DNA of 64,000 bases from Candidatus Zymogenaceae bacterium (GCA_016931225.1 JAFGFE010000031.1:72746-136745), one strand, 5' to 3'. Numbered from the stretch's first letter, positions 18,834 to 28,410 are shown. Translations and numbers: made by a program. Notes: generated by a model not told the origin, from the sequence alone.

Positions 18834-19807
18834 TTCCTCATGTTCTGGAAGCTCAGCTTTTTTTTTTCAATGATGTCAGAGAGGATCTCTTCCATCCGTT
18901 GATGCACATCCTCGGGGACCCGAAATGTGGTCATGTATTTGAGCACAATGAGGTCCGAGGGGATAACCTCATTTCTCCCCTCGATAATCGCCTTGGACTT
19001 GAGCACGTTCACCGCCTTGACGAGAAACGTTCGATCGGTCAGAAGCGAATTGGATTCATTCAGGTGAAACTCGTCCACGAGCCGATTCAAAAAGGCCATC
19101 AATCTCCTCTTCACGTCGTCAGGAACGTGAATCTTGAGCAGATAGTCGATGGGCCGATCGAACGTGTCGGTGTGGTATCCTTCGACGGAGTCCTTATCAT
19201 AGATGTGATCGATATAGTAATTCATCACATCCATGGCCTCGTCCCAGCTCGATTGGGTAATCAATCCGCCGGTCCTGAGCTGAATGGCGAACCGATCCAG
19301 GTTCGCAAGATCCAAAGGCTCGTTGTAATAATCGTCCTGGGTTGGATTGCTGGTGGCGATCGCAGTAATCAGGGGCAGGCTGATGCCCTTGTATTCCCGC
19401 TCGTTCAGGAGCCGAAGCAGGATATTCAGGGCTTCACCGGGCGCCCGGGTGATATCATCCAGAACCGCGATTTGTGTGGTCAGGATGCCGCCGGGAACGA
19501 GCTTTTGCCGTATCAGCTCACCGTCCCCCGAATTGCCGTCGGATCCCTTTTCCTTCTCACGGGTGATGATGTAGTCCCCGATGAGCTCGGAGAGCTTTGT
19601 GTCCCGGTGAAACTGATAGAAATAGAAACTCAGGTCCGCCGCCTTTGCCGTCAGCTCTGCGAGCATGGTCTTGGCGGTTCCCGGAGATCCTTCTATATAC
19701 ACATGCTCCCTGGCAATCAGTGCAAGGAGGATCCCCTCCTTTATATCTTCGTGACCGATAACATATCGATCCAGTACGTCTTTGATCTGTGCTGCAGTTT
19801 TGAGCAT
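18830..19807 (-). CDS. MoxR-family AAA+ ATPase
   Basis: Walker A GSPGTAKT and a Walker-B region AVLDDITRAPGEALNILLRLLNEREY. The family normally has DE and this protein has DD. Start is ATG 19807 or TTG 19819. Confidence 0.8.
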   Translation of the reverse strand: MLKTAAQIKDVLDRYVIGHEDIKEGILLALIAREHVYIEGSPGTAKTMLAELTAKAADLSFYFYQFHRDTKLSELIGDYIITREKEKGSDGNSGDGELIRQKLVPGGILTTQIAVLDDITRAPGEALNILLRLLNEREYKGISLPLITAIATSNPTQDDYYNEPLDLANLDRFAIQLRTGGLITQSSWDEAMDVMNYYIDHIYDKDSVEGYHTDTFDRPIDYLLKIHVPDDVKRRLMAFLNRLVDEFHLNESNSLLTDRTFLVKAVNVLKSKAIIEGRNEVIPSDLIVLKYMTTFRVPEDVHQRMEEILSDIIEKKKLSFQNMRN

Positions 19808-19872
19808 TTCAGAAACCAACTCCTCAGCGTCAGTAGAGTAACCCGATCACCACTTCAATTGATCGAATTTTT

Positions 19873-19901
19873 ATTATAACAAGTATCCATCGCCAGCGCA
19901 A
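19873..19901 (-). promoter_or_regulatory. Candidate internal promoter in front of moxR
   Basis: The minus strand reads TTGCGC-N17-TATAAT immediately downstream of the ald stop. Confidence 0.45.
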
Positions 19902-19909
19902 GTGAATTT

Positions 19910-21007
19910 TCAAATCTCTATGCAATCCATGCCGAAGGCCTCTGCCACCGCCTTGCAGCTGAGCTTTTTATTGATGATATTCACTCCCTTCTTCAGGTCC
20001 GGATCGTCCTCAACGGCCTTCTCTACCCCCTTATCGGCGATATTCAGCCCGTAGGAAAGGGTTGCATTCGTCAGGGCGAAGGTCGATGTCCGGGGTACAG
20101 CCCCAGGCATATTCGCAACGGCGTAATGCACCACTCCGTCGACGACATAGGTCGGATTTGCATGCGTCGTCGGTTTCGTGGTCTCGATACATCCTCCCTG
20201 GTCCACGGCGATATCCACAATGGCCGAGCCCTTCCTCATCCGGGAGATCATATCCCTGGTGACGAGACTCGGAGCCTTCGCGCCGGGGATCAATACCGCT
20301 CCCACCACCAGGTCCGCAGAGAGGACTTCCTCTTCGATATTGGCCCGGTTGGACATGACGGTTACCACGTGTCCTCCCATGACGTCATGAATGTACCTGA
20401 GCTTCGCCGGATTTACATCGAGGATGCTCACCCGTGCACCCATGCCCACGGCGACGAAACATGCGTTCGCCCCCGCGATTCCCGCACCGATGATCACCAC
20501 CTTCGCCGGGGGCACGCCGGATACACCTGAGAGTAAAATTCCCATGCCGCCGCCTATGGCCTCCAGACAGCGGGCGCCCATCTGGATGGAGAGCCGTCCC
20601 GCAACCTCACTCATAGGCGCCAGAAGCGGCAACGAGCCGTCGGAAAGCTGAATCGTCTCGTAGGCGATGCCCGTAATGTTTTTCCCTAAAAGCTTTTTGG
20701 TCAACTCCTCGTCGGCCGCCAGGTGCAGGTAGGTGAAGAGAATGTGATCGTTCATCAGGTCGAATTCCGGACCCAGCGGCTCCTTGACCTTTATGATCAT
20801 CTCGGCTTCACCCCAGACATCCTCCTTCGTGGGAAGGATTTTCGCTCCGGCGGCGATGTATTCCTCATCGGTCAGTCCGCTCCCCAGGCCCGCCCCCTTT
20901 TCGATGAATACATCATGGCCGTGAGAGACAAACGCAGATGCGCCGGCGGGGGTCAGGGCGACCCGATTTTCCTCCGACTTTATTTCCTTCGGTATGCCCA
21001 CTTTCAT
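19910..21007 (-). CDS. ald: Alanine dehydrogenase
   Basis: MKVGIPKEIKSEENRVALTPAG, the Rossmann motif VVIIGAGIAGANA and DIAVDQGGC. AGGAGG SD present. Confidence 0.9.
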   Translation of the reverse strand: MKVGIPKEIKSEENRVALTPAGASAFVSHGHDVFIEKGAGLGSGLTDEEYIAAGAKILPTKEDVWGEAEMIIKVKEPLGPEFDLMNDHILFTYLHLAADEELTKKLLGKNITGIAYETIQLSDGSLPLLAPMSEVAGRLSIQMGARCLEAIGGGMGILLSGVSGVPPAKVVIIGAGIAGANACFVAVGMGARVSILDVNPAKLRYIHDVMGGHVVTVMSNRANIEEEVLSADLVVGAVLIPGAKAPSLVTRDMISRMRKGSAIVDIAVDQGGCIETTKPTTHANPTYVVDGVVHYAVANMPGAVPRTSTFALTNATLSYGLNIADKGVEKAVEDDPDLKKGVNIINKKLSCKAVAEAFGMDCIEI

Positions 21008-21059
21008 GATACTCCTCCTGTGTGTGGGATATTTAAGATCTGGTTAAAAAACGAATGTG

Positions 21060-22412
21060 TCATTTCCCGCCGGTATCGGTCGGTCTTCTCCTGCGCGGCT
21101 GCCGTGCGGCTATGCGCGCCCGGTGTGCGGCGCGAAGCCTTGGAACCGCTGTCAGGGTGTAGAGCAGACACACAGCAAACACCCCGATCATGATATACAA
21201 CACAATAATATCCTGGGCGTAAATGCCCACAAGAAGCACGAGAAAAAATATCACGGCGATCGCCGGAATAATCAGGCCGCCGGGGACCCGATAGGATCTC
21301 TCGGTTTCCGGAAGCTTGTAGCGTAATCGGATAACCGAAAGGGCCATGACAAGATATATGATCACCTCGATGGCCGCCGATACCATGATCAAGCGTATGT
21401 AGCGGCCGCTGAACATGATGTATACCGATATGGCAAGAGAAATGGTGAAACAAAAGAGAATCGAAAACCAGGGAGTGGCGTATCTGCTGATGCTGGAGAA
21501 CACCCGCGGCAGTACGTTGTCCCGCCCCATGGCGTACATATATCTTGAAAAATTTAAAAAGCCCGCGTTGTACGACGTCATCGACGCCAGTATGCTCATG
21601 ATGATGAAGATAATGAGTCCGATTTCTCCAAACAGCTTTCTTCCCACCTCGATATGCGGAATGGGGGATTCGGCGAGTATTTCCTTCGGTATGACCGCCG
21701 TCATACCGGTCGTAAATACCGCGTAGACAATACATAAGATGCCCACGGCGACGAGCATTCCCCGGGCGATCATTGACGAATCGGTCACCTCTTCGGCCAG
21801 GGGGGTCACCCACTCGAATCCCACATAGAGAAACACCCCCACCGCGGCGGCCTCGAACACGTTTACGGCACCACCGGTGTGAAACAGTTCTCCGGCGGTG
21901 ATCCCCGAGATCGAGATGGCGTAAAAACCGACCAGGAGCATAAAGGTTATCATCGAATAAGAAAGAATATCCTGTACGATCCCGGTAATGACCACACCCC
22001 GGTAGTTTATCAGTGCGATGACGCCGAGAAACAACACGACCCATATTAGATGGTGCACCGAGGGGAAGATCACGTGTATGACATTGCTGAGAATATATGT
22101 CTCCGGTCCGACCATCGCAAGGGCGCATCCCACATAGAAGGCGCCGATGGTGAGGGCCGCCTTCTCCCCGAAGGCCCGCTCAATAAAGAGGCGGATACCC
22201 GCAGCCGAGGGATACATGCCGTTGAGTTCCGCAAAACACATCGCGGAAAACGTACACATGATACCTGCAACCAGTATCGCAATCCACGCGGATTGACCAG
22301 CCACCATATTCGCGACCTCAATCCCCGCCGCATAACACGAGGTCGCCATCGCCATGCCAGCACTCGTGGAGACGACGGTGCGAAACGTGACGACCTTCTT
22401 CAATTGTGACAT
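21060..22412 (-). CDS. APC-superfamily amino acid/amine permease (paralog 1)
   Basis: About 12 TM segments with an N-terminal FRTVVSTSAGMAMATS...FAELNGMYPSAAG. Start set to ATG 22412, which is 7 nt after GAGG. Confidence 0.8.
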   Translation of the reverse strand: MSQLKKVVTFRTVVSTSAGMAMATSCYAAGIEVANMVAGQSAWIAILVAGIMCTFSAMCFAELNGMYPSAAGIRLFIERAFGEKAALTIGAFYVGCALAMVGPETYILSNVIHVIFPSVHHLIWVVLFLGVIALINYRGVVITGIVQDILSYSMITFMLLVGFYAISISGITAGELFHTGGAVNVFEAAAVGVFLYVGFEWVTPLAEEVTDSSMIARGMLVAVGILCIVYAVFTTGMTAVIPKEILAESPIPHIEVGRKLFGEIGLIIFIIMSILASMTSYNAGFLNFSRYMYAMGRDNVLPRVFSSISRYATPWFSILFCFTISLAISVYIMFSGRYIRLIMVSAAIEVIIYLVMALSVIRLRYKLPETERSYRVPGGLIIPAIAVIFFLVLLVGIYAQDIIVLYIMIGVFAVCLLYTLTAVPRLRAAHRARIAARQPRRRRPTDTGGK

Positions 22413-22492
22413 ACGCATACCTCACAATTCCCGCCCGGGCGGTGTCCCGCCCGGGCGTTTTTTGTGTATCTATCGTCTCTCTCTTTTATCGC

Positions 22493-23275
22493 TCATGCCT
22501 CCTGAATCCACTTGTCGATTTTGAGCATGTATGAGCCGAGCTTCGCGCCGTATTCCGGCGAACCGAGCTGTGTCAAGTGTCCGTATCTGACCGCGTCCAC
22601 CAGATCCAGCTCGTTTGTCAGCACCTTGATCGCCGACTCAACGCCTCCAAACTGCATGTCGATGAACGGCTTTTTCCTGGTATACAATCCCCTGCCCGCC
22701 TTGGATTTGCCGTATTTGATACGCAGGTAGGCATACGGACCGTCCGGGGGGCAGGACCACTGGATGATGCGGTCCGGCATCTTTTTACAGAACTCGACGA
22801 ACTCCTCGTCGCCCGCCTTGTTCATTTGAGACAGCGCCGAGCTGAGCATGTAGAACAACAGCTTCACCTTCAGGTACTGTTTCGCGGGGTCCTTGGGCTT
22901 CTTGCTGGGCAACAGCAGCGTCAATCCGAGCAGCAGCGGCACCACCCTCAGGACGATGCCGAGCTTGAACATCCCTTTGATGACCGGCATGGCGACCTTG
23001 CCGCCAAAGAACTTGTTGAGCTGTCCCGGGTCTTTGAACACGAAATTGACGTCCGGATTTTCATGACGGGTAAACGAAAATTCGAGGTTTCCATCCGTAA
23101 AGTGCATCACGGTGACCAGATCGTCATATCCCTTGACCTCGAACTGCACCACCGCGTTGAAACCTTTCATTTTCTTTTTTATTTTCGGGTCGTCTTCAAT
23201 GAGGACTTTCGCCAGTGGGAGGGCGGCCCGCATCATGATTCTGGCCAGCACATATTTGTCTTTATCGTCAGGCAT
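22493..23275 (-). CDS. Hypothetical protein with two SCP2-like halves and a central hydrophobic segment
   Basis: First half VVQFEVKG...VNFVFKDPGQLNKFFGGK, then LGIVLRVVPLLLGLTLLLP. The second half is IDMQFGGVESAIKVLTNELDLVDAVRYGHLTQLG. The SCP2 similarity is by eye only. Confidence 0.4.
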   Translation of the reverse strand: MPDDKDKYVLARIMMRAALPLAKVLIEDDPKIKKKMKGFNAVVQFEVKGYDDLVTVMHFTDGNLEFSFTRHENPDVNFVFKDPGQLNKFFGGKVAMPVIKGMFKLGIVLRVVPLLLGLTLLLPSKKPKDPAKQYLKVKLLFYMLSSALSQMNKAGDEEFVEFCKKMPDRIIQWSCPPDGPYAYLRIKYGKSKAGRGLYTRKKPFIDMQFGGVESAIKVLTNELDLVDAVRYGHLTQLGSPEYGAKLGSYMLKIDKWIQEA

Positions 23276-23296
23276 ATCGCCTCCTTGTTTCTGAGA

Positions 23297-24310
23297 TTAT
23301 ATCTCGTCTTCCCAGTCCTCGTCTTCCTCGAACTCCTTGCCCATAACCTCACGGACCGTCTCGATGACGCCGTCGGTATCGAGCTTGAAATGATTGTAGA
23401 GGTCTTCCGGATAGCCGACGATGGAGTACTCGTCCGGTATGCCCACCCTCTTGAATGCGCAGCCCTTACCGGACTCGACGATGACCTCGCTGACGGCGCT
23501 GCCGAGGCCGCCGATGATGTTGTGATCCTCGAAGGTCACGATACGGCGGGTCTCCTCCACGGCCTTCATGATGATATCCCGGTCGATGGGCTTGATGGTG
23601 TGCATATCGATGACCCGTACCGACAACCCGTCCTCTTTCTCCAGCACTTCCGCGGCGTCCACGGCCGCGTATACCGACGTGCCGCAGGCGATGACGGTGA
23701 TGTCGCTGCCGGGATGCATCTCTATGCCCTTACCGATCTCGAAGGCGTAATTGGCATCCTTGTGCACCCAGGGCTCGAATCCCCGCCCGATCCTGATGTA
23801 CACCGGACCCTTCCAGTCCACACACGCCTCCACCGCCTTTGAGGTCTCAATGCCGTCGGCGGGGACGATCACCGTCATATTCGCGAACGAGCGCATCACG
23901 GACAAATCCTCGGTACAATGGTGGGTCGTTCCCGCCTGGCCGAACGATACGCCGGAATGGGTGGCGATGATCTTGCAGTTGAGGTTCTGGTAGCAGATAT
24001 CGGTTCTGACCTGCTCACCGGCCCTCAGGGATGCGAACACCGCAAAGGTCGAGATGAAGGGGGTAAATCCGGCCAGCGCCAATCCCGCGCCGATGCCGAA
24101 CAGGTTCTGCTCCGCGATGCCGACGTTTATGAATCGATCCGGGAATCGTGTCTCGAATTTTCCTATCTTGGTGGACTTGGCCAGGTCCGCCGTCAGGGCG
24201 ACGATATCCTCACGCTCTTCGCCCAGATGTACCAGTGTTTCACCATATATCTCAGCCGCCGTCATATGATCGGCGTCCTGCAGACTCCACGTAACACTTC
24301 CTTCCGCCAT
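23297..24310 (-). CDS. Transketolase, C-terminal (pyrimidine-binding) subunit
   Basis: Split-TK B subunit pattern with INVGIAEQN, FISTFAVF, THHCTEDL and VYIRIGR. AGGAGG SD present. Confidence 0.85.
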   Translation of the reverse strand: MAEGSVTWSLQDADHMTAAEIYGETLVHLGEEREDIVALTADLAKSTKIGKFETRFPDRFINVGIAEQNLFGIGAGLALAGFTPFISTFAVFASLRAGEQVRTDICYQNLNCKIIATHSGVSFGQAGTTHHCTEDLSVMRSFANMTVIVPADGIETSKAVEACVDWKGPVYIRIGRGFEPWVHKDANYAFEIGKGIEMHPGSDITVIACGTSVYAAVDAAEVLEKEDGLSVRVIDMHTIKPIDRDIIMKAVEETRRIVTFEDHNIIGGLGSAVSEVIVESGKGCAFKRVGIPDEYSIVGYPEDLYNHFKLDTDGVIETVREVMGKEFEEDEDWEDEI

Positions 24311-24322
24311 GGTTTCCTCCTG

Positions 24323-25165
24323 TTATTTACCCGCATACATGCGGTCGATGGATTCCAGGGCCTTTCTGGTCATTTCACCGTCAAGCCCGCCGTAATGCCA
24401 TTCTTTGGCGCCTTCCATGTAATCAACGCCCTTGCCCTTTACGGTCTGGGCGATGATGATAAACGGACCGCCCGAGAATGCCTGGGCCTCTTCAATGGCA
24501 TCGCAGATATCATTGAAGTTATGTCCGTCGATAATTCTGACCTTCCAGCCGAACGCCTCCCACTTCTTGTCCAGGGGGCTGACGTTCATGATCTCGTTCA
24601 ATGGACCGTCGATACACAGTTTGTTGTTATCGATTATCCCGATGAGATTATCGAGCTTGTAATGGGCGGCGGACATTGCAGCCTCCCAGATCGATCCCTC
24701 GTGCTGTTCCCCGTCTCCCATAATACAGTAGGTCAGCCATTTTTTCCCGGAAAACTTCGCACCAAGGGCCAGGCCGACGGCGATGGAGAGACCGTGTCCC
24801 AATGAGCCTGTTGACGCATCCACTCCGGGCACCTTGTTTTTATCCAGGTGCATGCCGAAGCTGGAGCCTGTGTGATTGAACGTCTGGAGCAGTTCTTTTT
24901 TGAAATATCCCTTGTCCGCCAGGACCGGAGCATATCCCACACCGCCGTGCCCCTTTGAGAGGACGAGTCTATCCCGATCCGCCTTTTCCGGGTTGCTTGG
25001 ATCGATATTGAGATATTTGTAATAGAGCGCTACCAACAGGTCAAGCTGTGACAGTGCTCCGCCGGCGTGACCGCCGCCTGACCAGGCCACCGTCTGGATG
25101 ACGTCTTTCCTGAGCTGGTGGGCCTTTTCGGTCAGAGCCTTCAATTCACTTTCTGACAGGGCCAT
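24323..25165 (-). CDS. Transketolase, N-terminal (ThDP-binding) subunit
   Basis: GGHAGGALS, SKGHG and the ThDP motif GDGEQHEGSIWEA...IIDNN. GGAGG SD present. Confidence 0.85.
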   Translation of the reverse strand: MALSESELKALTEKAHQLRKDVIQTVAWSGGGHAGGALSQLDLLVALYYKYLNIDPSNPEKADRDRLVLSKGHGGVGYAPVLADKGYFKKELLQTFNHTGSSFGMHLDKNKVPGVDASTGSLGHGLSIAVGLALGAKFSGKKWLTYCIMGDGEQHEGSIWEAAMSAAHYKLDNLIGIIDNNKLCIDGPLNEIMNVSPLDKKWEAFGWKVRIIDGHNFNDICDAIEEAQAFSGGPFIIIAQTVKGKGVDYMEGAKEWHYGGLDGEMTRKALESIDRMYAGK

Positions 25166-25263
25166 TATGTGCCTCCTCTTACAATGGGTGACGTATATAT
25201 TTTATTTTCTTGAGTTTTTCGATTTAAACATACCATTATTATCAATATTTTTCCAATGTAATT

Positions 25264-26685
25264 CTAATCCACCGCCTTTTTTTCATCGCTCTCCTCAGGG
25301 CCTGGACGTCGTCTGCGCCGGGGCGCCCTCTGGGCCGCAAGCCGCTCGTATTTGGCCCTGATCTTCGGAAGCAGGAAAAAGACATATCCCGCATTGATGA
25401 TGAGAACGCCCACGATGAAGCCGAGAGCGATGCGCTGATCAACGACGTCTTCGGGCTGCATGGGGCCGAAGAGGATGAATCCCGCGACGATCCCATATAT
25501 CAGAATAACAATGACCGGTATTGTAATTCCTCCCTTTATCTTGAAATCCCGCTCGGCGTCCCGATTCTTAAACCGAAGCCGAATGACGGACATCGCCATG
25601 ACCATGTAGATCATGCACTCCGTTGCGGCAATGATCAGTATCATGGAAAGAATGAAATGGGTCGCAAATCCGTACACGGTCACCAGGACACAATACACCG
25701 TCACCACCACCATCGCCACCCAGGGAGTCGCGTGTTTCGGGTGGAGCCTGGCGATGAACCTCGGCAGCGACCAGTCCCGGGCCATGGCATAGATGAAACG
25801 GGATGACGTGAGGATCCCGGCGTTGAGAGACGTCAGCGACGCCAGAAGCGCCATACCGATCATGAAGTAGAGGCCGAAGCCCCCCAGCAGGGTCTCGCCG
25901 TATAGGACATGGGGAATGGGAAGTCCCTCCGGATCGAGGACCCAGGCCAGGGTCTCGGCAGGAAGCACGGCCGTCATCGCCGTCGAAAACAGGGCGTAGA
26001 CGATGGCGAGGATCCCCAGGGCGATCATCATTCCTTTGGGCACCAGCTTCACGTCGGTGACCTCTTCTGATATGGTCACGACCCATTCAAACGCGATAAA
26101 GCACGAGATGCCGATGGCCACCGCCTGGATAAAGCCATCGAGGCTCCCCACTTGGATGGGATTCTCTATATGAAAACCGGTTGATGAAAGCCCATATATG
26201 GAAATGAGGATCAGGCCGATAAACATGGTGTAGGCGATGATATCCTGGGTTGTCCCGGCGATGCGGATCCCCCGGTAGTTGAGAAACCAGAGCACCGCAC
26301 CGAAGGCGACGGCCCAGATGACCGGATGCACGAAGGTGACGCCCTGGGACAGGGCCTGGGAGAGTATATATACCTCGGCGCCCACGATGGAGAGCTGTCC
26401 CATTACATAGACACCGGCGATGATGATCGCCGTTTTCTCCCCGAAGGCCTTTTCGATGTATATCTTGATGCCCGCCGAGGTGGGATACATGGAGTTGAGT
26501 TCACAAAAACAAGAGCCGGCCATGACCGCCATGACGCCGGCGGTGAGAATTGCTATCCATGCCGAATGTCCGGTCAGGTAGCTTGCAAGCTCGATAAACG
26601 ATACGTAGGTGACCGTCGCCAGGGCCATGCCCGCGCCGGTGGATATCACCGTGCGTAGTCCCACAGCCCGCCTGAGTTGAGTCAT
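25264..26685 (-). CDS. APC-superfamily amino acid/amine permease (paralog 2)
   Basis: Collinear with 21060-22412 (LRTVISTGAGMALATV...FCELNSMYPTSAG). Start set to ATG 26685, which is 7 nt after GAGGAG. Confidence 0.8.
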   Translation of the reverse strand: MTQLRRAVGLRTVISTGAGMALATVTYVSFIELASYLTGHSAWIAILTAGVMAVMAGSCFCELNSMYPTSAGIKIYIEKAFGEKTAIIIAGVYVMGQLSIVGAEVYILSQALSQGVTFVHPVIWAVAFGAVLWFLNYRGIRIAGTTQDIIAYTMFIGLILISIYGLSSTGFHIENPIQVGSLDGFIQAVAIGISCFIAFEWVVTISEEVTDVKLVPKGMMIALGILAIVYALFSTAMTAVLPAETLAWVLDPEGLPIPHVLYGETLLGGFGLYFMIGMALLASLTSLNAGILTSSRFIYAMARDWSLPRFIARLHPKHATPWVAMVVVTVYCVLVTVYGFATHFILSMILIIAATECMIYMVMAMSVIRLRFKNRDAERDFKIKGGITIPVIVILIYGIVAGFILFGPMQPEDVVDQRIALGFIVGVLIINAGYVFFLLPKIRAKYERLAAQRAPRRRRRPGPEESDEKKAVD

Positions 26686-26710
26686 AGATTTTCTCCTCAA
26701 TCAATTCGAA

Positions 26711-28000
26711 TCATTTTTTCAGTTTATCTTCCTGAGCCTGAATCTCCTTGAGAGACGCATCAAAGGCCTTCATCACAAAATCCACCTCGTCCGGGGTGAT
26801 GACCAGGGTCGGCATAATCCGTATGATACGGGGGTTGTTGAAGGTGTATATAGAGATGACGCCGTTCTGCCTGAGCTGATACGCCATCCGGGGGCCGATG
26901 CTGTCTTCCGGGAACTCCATGCCCAGCATCAAGCCCTTCCCTCGAACGTCCAGCACCAGCTCCGGGTACTTCTCCTTTAATTTTGAAAGCCCCTTCATGA
27001 ACCGGGCGCCCATCTTTTCCGCATGACCGGGAAGATCGTTCTCTTCGATGTACTCTATCGCGGCCAGCGCGACAAGACAGGCAAGAGATGTACCGCCGAA
27101 CGAGTTGATGATGATAAAGGGATGGGCCATGAGAAAATCGCTGATCTCCTCGGTGAAGATCGCGCATGATATGGGATAAAGCCCTCCCGACAGGGATTTT
27201 GCGAACACCATGATGTCCGGCGTCACGCCGCTGTGCTCGGCGCAGAACATCTTTCCGGTACGGCCGAAGCCGGTTTGAACCTCGTCGAAGATAAGGAGCA
27301 TCTCGTTCTCGTCGCAGATCGCCCGAAGCTCCCTGAGGTAGTCGTCGTCGGCGGGGACGATGCCCCCCTCCCCCTGAATCGGCTCTAGCATGATCGCCGC
27401 GCTCTCCTCCGTGACGGCTTCCTTTACCGCCTTAATATCGTTGATGGGCACATGCTTGTACCCCGGCGCCAGGGGCGCGAAGGGTTTTCGATACACCTCC
27501 CTGCCGGTTGCGGGAAGGGCGAAGCCGGTCACCCCGTGGTAGCCGTTATCCATGCAGATGACTTCCGGTCGATCGGTGTGCCCCCGGGCCAGCTTGATGG
27601 CCACCTCGATGGCCTCCCCGCCGCCACAGCAAAAGAGGGAATACTTCAGATCGCCCGGTGTGATCTCCGCCAGCTTCTTCGCCAACAGGCCCCGCTCCCT
27701 GACGATGGATATCCACCCGCCCATGTCGTAGGTATCCAGGGCCTTCTTCAGCGCGTCGACCACATCCGGGTTGTGACGGCCCACATTGAATATTCCCGCG
27801 CCGGTGACGCAGTCGATGTATTTTTCTCCGGAGATATCCCAGACGCTGGCGCCCTCCCTCTTTCCCTCGATGATGTCGAGACTGGCGTTCTTGAACATCC
27901 TCAGCGCGAAGGGGTTGACGTACTCCCTGTAATTATGCTCGGTTTCTTTCCGTATTTGTTCCGCATCCGTTTGAGAAAGGATTTCATCTATGATGGACAT
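26711..28000 (-). CDS. Class-III (omega) aminotransferase, YgjG/putrescine-aminotransferase-like (copy 1)
   Basis: EYVNP...GKREGASVWD..GEKYIDC..GAGIFNVGRHNP, LKYSLFCCGGGEAIE, EPIQGEGG and [14 protein letters not shown]...AKSL (PLP Lys). ATG 28000 lies 6 nt after GGAGG. Confidence 0.85.
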   Translation of the reverse strand: MSIIDEILSQTDAEQIRKETEHNYREYVNPFALRMFKNASLDIIEGKREGASVWDISGEKYIDCVTGAGIFNVGRHNPDVVDALKKALDTYDMGGWISIVRERGLLAKKLAEITPGDLKYSLFCCGGGEAIEVAIKLARGHTDRPEVICMDNGYHGVTGFALPATGREVYRKPFAPLAPGYKHVPINDIKAVKEAVTEESAAIMLEPIQGEGGIVPADDDYLRELRAICDENEMLLIFDEVQTGFGRTGKMFCAEHSGVTPDIMVFAKSLSGGLYPISCAIFTEEISDFLMAHPFIIINSFGGTSLACLVALAAIEYIEENDLPGHAEKMGARFMKGLSKLKEKYPELVLDVRGKGLMLGMEFPEDSIGPRMAYQLRQNGVISIYTFNNPRIIRIMPTLVITPDEVDFVMKAFDASLKEIQAQEDKLKK

Positions 28001-28001
28001 A

Positions 28002-28361
28002 TCATACCTCCGGCCAGATGACGGCGGTAATGGCGTCGATGCGCATGACATCTTCCTGGGTGCCCTTCACCTTGATCTCTCCCCTGAGGTATTTCTGTGT
28101 CGGGTTCAGGTCGCCCCAGAACATGTCGCACATGGTCTCGCTGTCTGTCTCGACGACGACGTCGGGTGTGCCGTTGGTGCCGGCCTCGTTTTTGATGATC
28201 TCCCCCTCGATAACCTCCATTGTGAAAGAATCACCGGTATCTGTCGCCACATAATGCAACAGTTTCGTCCAGTCCCGCTGCATGCGTCTGAGCCGTTTGT
28301 TGGTGTTGCATTGCTCGGTAAAATCCGTCAAGGCCTCCATAATTTCTTCAGATGTCGCCAT
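28002..28361 (-). CDS. SCP2 (sterol-carrier-protein-2) domain protein
   Basis: 119 aa ending in MFWGDLNPTQKYLRGEIKVKGTQEDVMRI, the typical SCP2 C-terminal signature. AAGGAG SD present. Confidence 0.7.
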   Translation of the reverse strand: MATSEEIMEALTDFTEQCNTNKRLRRMQRDWTKLLHYVATDTGDSFTMEVIEGEIIKNEAGTNGTPDVVVETDSETMCDMFWGDLNPTQKYLRGEIKVKGTQEDVMRIDAITAVIWPEV

Positions 28362-28410
28362 AGATACTTCTCCTTCTCATGTATATCACTATTTAAAATT
28401 CGTTTTTCGA

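Noticed and set aside
21004-22128. 374-aa same-strand alternative-frame ORF inside the APC permease gene
   Set aside because: It is Arg/Gly/His-rich nonsense in a +1 frame. The permease frame shows 12 TM helices and paralogy to 25264-26685.
22577-23842. 421-aa plus-strand ORF; similar long ORFs at 28282-29412, 18803-19879, 14060-15055, 40219-41226, 41195-42094, 42246-43055 and 59273-60328
   Set aside because: All overlap, on the opposite strand, genes with strong family signatures and good SDs. None has a recognisable domain.
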